A program made the position numbers and the translations under genes. DNA of 64,000 bases from Nemertoderma westbladi (Eukaryota; Animalia; Xenacoelomorpha): the NCBI GenBank assembly GCA_032718475.1, contig JAUCBJ010006005.1, positions 1 to 64,000 of the forward strand. The letters run 5' to 3'. Positions 1 through 11,045 of this stretch are shown here, piece by piece; position 1 is the first letter of the stretch, and each line of letters opens with the position of its first letter. The notes under the pieces are model-generated. The model had not been told where the DNA came from and searched no databases. It saw nothing but the letters and a program-made list of their open reading frames with translations.

Positions 1-3000
1 CGACTATAAACCTACGAGGAGTCCGACTATAAACCTACCGAGGAGTCCGACTATAAACTTACCGAGGAGTCCGACTATAAACCTACCGAGGAGTCCGACT
101 ATAAACTTACCGAGGAGTCCGACTATAAACTTACCGAGGAGTCCGACTATAAACTTACCGAGGAGTCCGACTATAAACTTACCGAGGAGTCCGACTATAA
201 ACTTACCGAGGAGTCCGACTATAAACTTACCGAGGAGTCCGACTATAAACTTACCGAGGAGTCCGACTATAAACTTACCGAGGAGTCCGACTATAAACTT
301 ACCGAGGAGTCCGACTATAAACTTACCGAGGAGTCCGACTATAAACTTACCGAGGAGTCCGACTATAAACTTACCGAGGAGTCCGACTATAAACTTACCG
401 AGGAGTCCGACTATAAACTTACCGAGGAGTCCGACTATAAACTTACCGAGGAGTCCGACTATAAACTTACCGAGGAGTCCGACTATAAACTTACCGAGGA
501 GTCCGACTATAAACTTACCGAGGAGTCCGACTATAAACCTTACCGAGGAGTCCGACTATAAACCTTACCGAGGAGTCCGACTATAAACCTTACCGAGGAG
601 TCCGACTATAAACTTACCGAGGAGTCCGACTATAAACCTTACCGAGGAGTCCGACTATAAACCTTACCGAGGAGTCCGACTATAAACTTACCGAGGAGTC
701 CGACTATAAACCTACCGAGGAGTCCGACTATAAACCTACCGAGGAGTCCGACTATAAACCTACCGAGGAGTCCGACTATAAACCTACCGAGGAGTCCGAC
801 TATAAACCTACCGAGGAGTCCGACTATAAACCTACCGAGGAGTCCGACTATAAACCTACCGAGGAGTCCGACTATAAACCTACCGAGGAGTCCGACTATA
901 AACCTACCGAGGAGTCCGACTATAAACCTACCGAGGAGTCCGACTATAAACCTACCGAGGAGTCCGACTATAAACCTACCGAGGAGTCCGACTATAAACC
1001 TACCGAGGAGTCCGACTATAAACCTACCGAGGAGTCCGACTATAAACCTACCGAGGAGTCCGACTATAAACCTACCGAGGAGTCCGACTATAAACCTACC
1101 GAGGAGTCCGACTATAAACCTACCGAGGAGTCCGACTATAAACCTACCGAGGAGTCCGACTATAAACCTACCGAGGAGTCCGACTATAAACCTACCGAGG
1201 AGTCCGACTATAAACCTACCGAGGAGTCCGACTATAAACCTACCGAGGAGTCCGACTATAAACCTACCGAGGAGTCCGACTATAAACCTACCGAGGAGTC
1301 CGACTATAAACCTACCGAGGAGTCCGACTATAAACCTTACCGAGGAGTCCGACTATAAACCTTACCGAGGAGTCCGACTATAAACCTACCGAGGAGTCCG
1401 ACTATAAACCTACCGAGGAGTCCGACTATAAACCTACCGAGGAGTCCGACTATAAACCTACCGAGGAGTCCGACTATAAACCTACCGAGGAGTCCGACTA
1501 TAAACCTACCGAGGAGTCCGACTATAAACCTACCGAGGAGTCCGACTATAAACCTACCGAGGAGTCCGACTATAAACTTACCGAGGAGTCCGACTATAAA
1601 CCTACCGAGGAGTCCGACTATAAACCTACCGAGGAGTCCGACTATAAACCTACCGAGGAGTCCGACTATAAACCTACCGAGGAGTCCGACTATAAACCTA
1701 CCGAGGAGTCCGACTATAAACTTACCGAGGAGTCCGACTATAAACCTACCGAGGAGTCCGACTATAAACCTACCGAGGAGTCCGACTATAAACTTACCGA
1801 GGAGTCCGACTATAAACTTACCGAGGAGTCCGACTATAAACCTACCGAGGAGTCCGACTATAAACCTACCGAGGAGTCCGACTATAAACCTACCGAGGAG
1901 TCCGACTATAAACCTACCGAGGAGTCCGACTATAAACCTACCGAGGAGTCCGACTATAAACTTACCGAGGAGTCCGACTATAAACCTACCGAGGAGTCCG
2001 ACTATAAACCTACCGAGGAGTCCGACTATAAACCTACCGAGGAGTCCGACTATAAACCTACCGAGGAGTCCGACTATAAACCTACCGAGGAGTCCGACTA
2101 TAAACCTACCGAGGAGTCCGACTATAAACCTACCGAGGAGTCCGACTATAAACCTACCGAGGAGTCCGACTATAAACCTACCGAGGAGTCCGACTATAAA
2201 CCTACCGAGGAGTCCGACTATAAACCTACCGAGGAGTCCGACTATAAACCTACCGAGGAGTCCGACTATAAACCTACCGAGGAGTCCGACTATAAACCTA
2301 CCGAGGAGTCCGACTATAAACCTACCGAGGAGTCCGACTATAAACCTACCGAGGAGTCCGACTATAAACCTACCGAGGAGTCCGACTATAAACTTACCGA
2401 GGAGTCCGACTATAAACCTACCGAGGAGTCCGACTATAAACCTACCGAGGAGTCCGACTATAAACCTACCGAGGAGTCCGACTATAAACTTACCGAGGAG
2501 TCCGACTATAAACCTACCGAGGAGTCCGACTATAAACCTACCGAGGAGTCCGACTATAAACTTACCGAGGAGTCCGACTATAAACTTACCGAGGAGTCCG
2601 ACTATAAACCTACCGAGGAGTCCGACTATAAACCTACCGAGGAGTCCGACTATAAACCTACCGAGGAGTCCGACTATAAACCTACCGAGGAGTCCGACTA
2701 TAAACTTACCGAGGAGTCCGACTATAAACCTACCGAGGAGTCCGACTATAAACCTACCGAGGAGTCCGACTATAAACCTACCGAGGAGTCCGACTATAAA
2801 CCTACCGAGGAGTCCGACTATAAACCTACCGAGGAGTCCGACTATAAACCTACCGAGGAGTCCGACTATAAACCTACCGAGGAGTCCGACTATAAACCTA
2901 CCGAGGAGTCCGACTATAAACCTACCGAGGAGTCCGACTATAAACCTACCGAGGAGTCCGACTATAAACCTACCGAGGAGTCCGACTATAAACCTACCGA

Positions 3001-5606
3001 GGAGTCCGACTATAAACCTACCGAGGAGTCCGACTATAAACCTACCGAGGAGTCCGACTATAAACTTACCGAGGAGTCCGACTATAAACCTACCGAGGAG
3101 TCCGACTATAAACCTACCGAGGAGTCCGACTATAAACCTACCGAGGAGTCCGACTATAAACCTACCGAGGAGTCCGACTATAAACCTACCGAGGAGTCCG
3201 ACTATAAACCTACCGAGGAGTCCGACTATAAACCTACCGAGGAGTCCGACTATAAACCTACCGAGGAGTCCGACTATAAACCTACCGAGGAGTCCGACTA
3301 TAAACCTACCGAGGAGTCCGACTATAAACCTACCGAGGAGTCCGACTATAAACCTACCGAGGAGTCCGACTATAAACCTACCGAGGAGTCCGACTATAAA
3401 CCTACCGAGGAGTCCGACTATAAACCTACCGAGGAGTCCGACTATAAACCTACCGAGGAGTCCGACTATAAACCTACCGAGGAGTCCGACTATAAACCTA
3501 CCGAGGAGTCCGACTATAAACCTACCGAGGAGTCCGACTATAAACCTACCGAGGAGTCCGACTATAAACCTACCGAGGAGTCCGACTATAAACCTACCGA
3601 GGAGTCCGACTATAAACCTACCGAGGAGTCCGACTATAAACCTACCGAGGAGTCCGACTATAAACCTACCGAGGAGTCCGACTATAAACCTACCGAGGAG
3701 TCCGACTATAAACCTACCGAGGAGTCCGACTATAAACCTACCGAGGAGTCCGACTATAAACCTACCGAGGAGTCCGACTATAAACCTACCGAGGAGTCCG
3801 ACTATAAACCTACCGAGGAGTCCGACTATAAACCTACCGAGGAGTCCGACTATAAACCTACCGAGGAGTCCGACTATAAACCTACCGAGGAGTCCGACTA
3901 TAAACCTACCGAGGAGTCCGACTATAAACCTACCGAGGAGTCCGACTATAAACCTACCGAGGAGTCCGACTATAAACCTACCGAGGAGTCCGACTATAAA
4001 CCTACCGAGGAGTCCGACTATAAACCTACCGAGGAGTCCGACTATAAACCTACCGAGGAGTCCGACTATAAACCTACCGAGGAGTCCGACTATAAACCTA
4101 CCGAGGAGTCCGACTATAAACCTACCGAGGAGTCCGACTATAAACCTACCGAGGAGTCCGACTATAAACCTACCGAGGAGTCCGACTATAAACCTACCGA
4201 GGAGTCCGACTATAAACCTACCGAGGAGTCCGACTATAAACCTACCGAGGAGTCCGACTATAAACTTACCGAGGAGTCCGACTATAAACCTACCGAGGAG
4301 TCCGACTATAAACCTACCGAGGAGTCCGACTATAAACCTACCGAGGAGTCCGACTATAAACCTACCGAGGAGTCCGACTATAAACCTACCGAGGAGTCCG
4401 ACTATAAACCTACCGAGGAGTCCGACTATAAACCTACCGAGGAGTCCGACTATAAACCTACCGAGGAGTCCGACTATAAACCTACCGAGGAGTCCGACTA
4501 TAAACCTACCGAGGAGTCCGACTATAAACCTACCGAGGAGTCCGACTATAAACCTACCGAGGAGTCCGACTATAAACCTACCGAGGAGTCCGACTATAAA
4601 CCTACCGAGGAGTCCGACTATAAACCTACCGAGGAGTCCGACTATAAACCTACCGAGGAGTCCGACTATAAACCTACCGAGGAGTCCGACTATAAACCTA
4701 CCGAGGAGTCCGACTATAAACCTACCGAGGAGTCCGACTATAAACCTACCGAGGAGTCCGACTATAAACTTACCGAGGAGTCCGACTATAAACCTACCGA
4801 GGAGTCCGACTATAAACTTACCGAGGAGTCCGACTATAAACCTACCGAGGAGTCCGACTATAAACCTACCGAGGAGTCCGACTATAAACCTACCGAGGAG
4901 TCCGACTATAAACCTACCGAGGAGTCCGACTATAAACCTACCGAGGAGTCCGACTATAAACCTACCGAGGAGTCCGACTATAAACCTACCGAGGAGTCCG
5001 ACTATAAACCTACCGAGGAGTCCGACTATAAACCTACCGAGGAGTCCGACTATAAACCTACCGAGGAGTCCGACTATAAACCTACCGAGGAGTCCGACTA
5101 TAAACCTACCGAGGAGTCCGACTATAAACCTACCGAGGAGTCCGACTATAAACCTACCGAGGAGTCCGACTATAAACCTACCGAGGAGTCCGACTATAAA
5201 CCTACCGAGGAGTCCGACTATAAACCTACCGAGGAGTCCGACTATAAACCTACCGAGGAGTCCGACTATAAACCTACCGAGGAGTCCGACTATAAACCTA
5301 CCGAGGAGTCCGACTATAAACCTACCGAGGAGTCCGACTATAAACCTACCGAGGAGTCCGACTATAAACCTACCGAGGAGTCCGACTATAAACCTACCGA
5401 GGAGTCCGACTATAAACCTACCGAGGAGTCCGACTATAAACCTACCGAGGAGTCCGACTATAAACCTACCGAGGAGTCCGACTATAAACCTACCGAGGAG
5501 TCCGACTATAAACCTACCGAGGAGTCCGACTATAAACTTACCGAGGAGTCCGACTATAAACCTACCGAGGAGTCCGACTATAAACCTACCGAGGAGTCCG
5601 ACTATA
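1..5606. repeat. 24-bp tandem array (CCGAGGAGTCCGACTATAAAC[C/T]TA)n, about 230 units, truncated by the window edge
   Basis: Near-perfect periodicity. Variation is essentially one C/T site plus a few 25-bp units (about 540-670 and 1335-1365). The array overlaps exon 11 by about 17 bp. Confidence 0.99.
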
Positions 5607-5691
5607 GCTTGACAATCAGCCCCAGCGTAAATATCCTTGAGTTGGTCTGAAACTGGAAGGCATAACGTGTGAACTCGTATCCGACGCTCAC
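5590..5691 (-). CDS. SEC24: SEC24A/B-like exon 11 (GERRIRVHTLCLPVSDQLKDIYAGADCQAIVGLL). Its 3' boundary lies inside the 24-bp array and is uncertain. Not in the ORF track.
   Basis: Hand translation gives the conserved ERRIRVHT motif. Acceptor ttcttctgattctag| at 5692/5691. The first available donor is CTCG|GTAGGT at 5590/5589. Confidence 0.92.
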
Positions 5692-5726
5692 CTAGAATCA
5701 GAAGAAGATTCCGATGCTACTAATTC

Positions 5727-5912
5727 TGTCCCGGAAAATTCGGACCCAGAAAATTCGGTCCCGGACAAATTGAACCCAGACAATTCGGTCCCGGACAATT
5801 TTAACCCAGACAATTTTGGTCCCGGACAATCTGAACCCAGACAATTCGGTCCCGGACAATTTGAACCCAGACAATTCGGTCCCGGACAATTTTAACCCAG
5901 ACAATTCGGTCC
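5727..5912. repeat. 30-bp minisatellite built from two 15-bp subunits (CCCGGACAATTTGAA/CCCAGACAATTCGGT), about 6 units, in intron 10
   Basis: Direct inspection. It explains the repetitive ORF 5698..5904. Confidence 0.9.
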
Positions 5913-6046
5913 CAAAGAAGATAATACTGTACCAGGAAACGAATCATCAAAAATAAAGGAATCCAGTATCTTCACGAGGTAAATAGATTGTAGAAAACCG
6001 ACACAATAATAACAGCTGATATAGTCTGAATAATAACTATACTAAC

Positions 6047-6220
6047 CTTTACTACTGGTGTATAATACGGCAGCCTGTATAGTAGCTGCCTTGGTGTCGG
6101 TTAGCGCCTCATCCATAGAGAGCTGAAGTGCAAATCCGGCGTCAGGGTTGATGTTGGGTAGAGTCAGAAGATCGGTAGATCTAACGAACAAGTTGCCATG
6201 GAAAGTGTGAATAGCAAGAC
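6047..6220 (-). CDS. SEC24: SEC24A/B-like exon 10, beta-sandwich (LAIHTFHGNLFVRSTDLL...YTSSK)
   Basis: HTFHGN.FVRSTDLL is characteristic of Sec24A/B. Acceptor tcgcag| and donor G|GTTAGT, phase 1/1. Confidence 0.96.
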
Positions 6221-7773
6221 CTGCGATAGTAGACAACAATCAAAAAACGCGATCTCGTGATCCCGAAATATACACAAATAGTAAAGTAAAGTATATTGAA
6301 TAATGCCCAGGCTAGTTCTAAAGTGACTCTATTGAATTATGTCAGTAAACCATCCAGCAATATATAACAATTATTTAAATACCATTTTATCTTACTAATG
6401 CTTCATGAGTGTGAAATAATAAAGTGATTTATAAAGTTGTCCAATTGAATTGAATTGAAGTATATTTCTTTCTGTTATAGGTCCAATAAAAATTTGCATA
6501 ATTTACATACATTACTGTTAGAATGAAAGTAATGTGACCACAACAGAAAAACTAATAGCGAGGCTAGTGCCGTCATTCTGAGGTGGTCAGGACCAACAGG
6601 GAGGAGGAGGGGGGTGGGGGGGGGGGGGGGGGGGGGGGGTTGGTTACCTGGGCCTTTTGAAATTTAGGAATGGAAATTAATAGAAAATCGAACTAACAAA
6701 CTAGCTACCTTCCGGCTATATTTTTGGGCAGAATTTTTATTGTTGCTTTGAATCTTTAGCTACAATCGTTTTAAAAAAAGTGTATCCAGCAATATTACAC
6801 CAGTTACACCGCAGTTATTCTTCTACCTTGTATAGCTGTTTGTTGGTACCAATGGAAAGCTGGCCCTGCAAGGATTCTAAATATGTAACACAATTTGAAT
6901 TTCGTTGAAAAATAGCTGAGATATGGGCGTTCAAATGTTATTATGTTGTCATAACATTGGCCTTACACCTTATTTTTTTCGTATGTATAATGGTTGTAGA
7001 AGACCCTAGGCTTATTGAGTTGCCACACAGAGACTCTGTTTCACCGTATTCTGTCTATAATTACAACTATAATATTGACACGTTCTAATGTTGTTTTTAC
7101 GTTAAATTTTAAGTTGTTTTTAAATGTTGTTTGCTGCAATTTAAATTTCATTAGATTGACATATCATTCCTCATGTACATGTACTGTGACGGCCATTCAT
7201 ACGTCTGTTATTCGTCAATTCGTCATACCTAAACTGTACAAGGACACTTTATTATGCACTTAAAATATTTTTATACATTTTCTTATTTTTAAAACAGGTT
7301 ATTGGACCTACCATAACGAAATGACCCTGCATAACTTGCATTCATCATATTTTTATAAAGTTGTCCACCAAAATTTATTAGTGGTTTGTGAAGTCATTAT
7401 TTATGCTCTTTCATGGGATGTTTTATAATCGGCGTGTTTTACCTATAGACTTCTTATGTGACATGAATAAAGAAACGTCAAGAACTCAACATTAAGTCGT
7501 CCCTTCCGCATTCATTGTCTGTTTCGTGTTATCACCTCATCGGCTTCATTATTGGCTCCGCGTCAAATAATGTATAACAAACATTGTAACAACTCCGTTC
7601 AACACTCGCCCTCTACGCTGGGCGACTAAAATAGGAACTCAGGACCACGTTCGGGATCGGGATCGGGATCCCGATTGAGCACCATTAACTTAATTAAACC
7701 CTATAGCCTTACAGTATTGAAATCCTGATTAATATATAATAAATCAGTTAGAATGAGATGGACATCGACTTAC

Positions 7774-7932
7774 CTCTTGTACAACGAATTCTCATTACCG
7801 ACTCGAATCCTATTTTTCGGGTTAGGTATCGCGTTAAATCCGTCTCGAATTTATCCACCGAACTCAACTGAAGTCCGGAATTGTATTCGGGATAGTAATG
7901 GACGCACCCGCTGGAATACTTGGAAATTTGAC
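7774..7932 (-). CDS. SEC24: SEC24A/B-like exon 9 (QISKYSSG...RYLTRKIGFESVMRIRCTR)
   Basis: RYLTRKIGFE..MRIRCT is the trunk/beta-sandwich junction motif. Acceptor cctttag| and donor G|GTAAGT, phase 1/1. Confidence 0.96.
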
Positions 7933-8500
7933 CTAAAGGTTTAAACAAATTTGAAAGAATAAATTATAATTGTTGTACATAGGCCTAGAAAATAAAATAG
8001 ATTTTGTATTTTAAGTAAATAAGCTTCACTTTAACACAGATCAGACAAGTGTTTATATATAGTTAGAGATTGCAATGGGGCTGTAAAACTGCGGTATTCT
8101 GTATGCAGAATTAAGAAACATCTTTTTTAACAGTATACTGAACAATGAATCTTGGTTTCTCCTAGGTCTGCGGCTGAGGGGGGGGGGGGGGGATTTAAGG
8201 GAAAGGAACAGGTTTCAGTGACATGTTAAATAATGAGAGTCAATAGCACCTAGCACAGTTTGCAATTTATTTTCCTAGTATTCTGCTGTAAATAAAAAAT
8301 ACTTAATTGCTACAAAATAGTACAACTACAAATACAAGGATCTAGTCCTAGTATAGGAAAGACCTAGGGCTAGGATAGTTATAGTATAGGGGGGGGGGGG
8401 GGGGGGGGGGGCAGTGTGCTTGTGGATTAGTCATGTCACAATGTCTGAATGTCACGGTGATCAGACTGTGATATTTTCTTTTATAATTAACTGAACCTAC

Positions 8501-8729
8501 CGACGGTGGCCAAGTCGCTGTACTGGGTGGCCAGTAGGAACAGATCGACGGCGATGTGCTGCCCGCTGCAATCCAAGGCCATCCGTTTGTACCAGTCGTT
8601 GGCCGGGTTGAGGTGCTGTATGGAGGACGAGTGGGATCTGGCGTTGGGATCCTCGCGGGATTTAAGGGATCCCGGACCCACGCTGGGGATAGCGCATTGG
8701 AAAACCGTGATCCGACCGCCCCACGTTTT
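8501..8729 (-). CDS. SEC24: SEC24A/B-like exon 8, trunk domain (KTWGGRITVFQ...YKRMALDCSGQHIAVDLFLL...YSDLATV)
   Basis: Conserved motifs in ORF 8487..8750. Acceptor tttatctacag| and donor G|GTAGGT, phase 0/1. Confidence 0.96.
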
Positions 8730-9989
8730 CTGTAGATAAAGGAAAAACAACTCATATTTGCAAATTAATAGATAAAATATTTCATTTAATTAATAACATA
8801 CCCCACCATCCCCGGATCATGCTGTTCTACGCCGCACTGGGGACTATTATATCCGCAGAACACACACGTCAACATTGGCGGATAACCTGCCACATTAGCT
8901 TCTTAACTTACTGTACACCTTTTATAATATAACAATAATTTTAATAAACTATTGTAAATAAACTCAAATACAAATATAATTGTCAATAAGCTTAAAGTGT
9001 CCAATTGTTTGTCCGGTAGTTACGATATAATTTGAAATGGCTTTAATTTATTCGTATTTAATAAAGTTATATATTATTTTGTAGCTAATTTATTTGCGCA
9101 GCTTACGCACTAAAAATTATCAAAATCTGTAAAGGCAGTCAAAAAATATGCCCCATCAAAGATTGAAATATCGTCAAAATCAGTTGTCCCTTACATGAAA
9201 AGACCACAAACAACTGTGGGGAAATTTTATCACCCCAAGTGGCAAATATAGAAAACCTGTTGGGAAGCTTAGATGTTTGATGTTTTGCTTTCTTTTCCGA
9301 TATATTTCAGGCCATAATATTCATGTTGAACCATTTGAGATCGAGACATAAAATGGGCATGGATTTTCAATTTTGTGTCACATCTGTAACATTTACGTCT
9401 AGAATCTGAAGTAGTAACAGTAGGGTTTTCAGTTTTGATATATTTAGAATCAACAGCGTTTCTAACATAGACCATATATCACATACAAAGGGTAAGGTCA
9501 TCTCATTTGGGAAGTATTTATGTTTAACAAAGTCAATATAGAAAGCATAAACGTCCATATCTGTAACGCTACAAATCTGGCCACAGATTTTGATAATATT
9601 AATCTCATACAAGTATAATGGTACGGGTGGAAAGGCAATTTGAATTTATGCCGCAACAACCCCAAGAGTTAATGTGATAAATAAACACCAAGGATGTATG
9701 AATGGCGGTGGTAAGCGATTTTGTCATCCATCTGTAACGCGTCACCGTTACAGTGCAGTGCGTTACAGATAGGGCATGTTTCATCTGTAACGCATTATAT
9801 AACCAGTTATCGATGCGTTACAGACTGTAGGTTTTCAGTCTTATATATATGACAGTCCTATCTGTAACGGAGTGTCATCCAGAAATACAATAAGGCATCA
9901 CTGACAATATTGAATGCCTACGCGATTGATACGTTATTCGTCTTCCTACTGACATCCTAACTGCTCATGGTAATGTGGTAGTGTAAGAT

Positions 9990-10100
9990 GGGTGAGTGTA
10001 AAACGCGGAACCGGATGCAAGATCCGGATCTGCACCCGGATTTTGAGGTTAAAACGCGGATCCGGATGTTCATGAAATCCGGAAATGAGTGCAAAATGAG
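9990..10100. mobile_element. Degenerate terminal fragment related to the 53-bp foldback family
   Basis: GGGTGAGTGTAAAACGCGGAACCGGA resembles the terminus GGGTAGGTGTAAAACGCGGATCCGGA at 12783 and 48743. Confidence 0.6.
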
Positions 10101-11045
10101 AATTCAAGCTAATTTTCATTGTCCAGTGTTACTAGATCATTTAATAAAATGTGCTTCCTGCAAAATATCGCTTTATTTCATTTAGAATTGTAGAAGATAC
10201 ATTTCCTACAAACAGTGTTTTTTTTAACATACAATATATTGTACAGACGGTCCTTTGCCCAATGTTTTGTTTTTCGTTTTCATGATTAGGAACTAACAGA
10301 CGTATATAGATAGACTTCAATAAATTTGTATGTCTAATTTCATCTGACATGAAGCAATAAATAAACAAAAGTAAAGAATCCAGTCACTGTTATCAGTGAG
10401 TCTTGTGTAACTTCAATGTAAGATTGACTCTAATGATTAAATACTCTAATGCGTATAAAAGGCCTATATTTTACTATAAATTTCTAAATCATTGCCTTAA
10501 CATCACTTACTGACTTACATGACGGACTTGTGCACTACTTAGATTATTGTGATAAGTTTAGTCAGATCCGTTTATTGGATGAGGTAATGGACGTCTCTGA
10601 ATCAGTTGCAGAGAAACGCCATGGAGCGGTTACATAAGTACAGAGAACAAATTGACCGCGCGGTTGTTATACAGAGTATTTTAAACAAGCATATAAAAAG
10701 CGGCGCGATAGAGAAAATTTAACACGAGATAAAAAAAAATCGTGAAAAACAAGATTATCGGTTACACAGAAAAATGTTAATGAAAAACTTTCTCTATTTA
10801 TTATTGGAAATCATGTGTATTTAAGTATAACCTACATATAATTTAGTAGATGCGATGGTTATGGGCAGATATCGCTGCTTGTTTACAAATGTTTGTCCAA
10901 TATCTCCCTTTGAGCAGCGCGTCATGCTCTCCCTCTACTATCACAAGATTCGCCATGAAATTCTCAAACAATTTTTTCCGTCAATTTGTACCCCTTTTTG
11001 GCCACTTTTAAGTATATTGACCCAATTGTTTACTTGGGTGATTCT

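Noticed and set aside
1-5606. Telomeric repeat or CRISPR array at the window edge
   Set aside because: There are no spacers, the unit derives from the SEC24 exon 11 end, and the gene must continue beyond it.
8348-8755. 135-aa minus-strand ORF and the plus-strand ORFs at 8506 and 7753
   Set aside because: They are alternative-frame or antisense shadows of SEC24 exons 8 and 9.
9380-9870. Recurrent ATCTGTAACG motifs in both orientations
   Set aside because: Probably subterminal repeats of a decayed transposon, but no termini or TSD could be defined.
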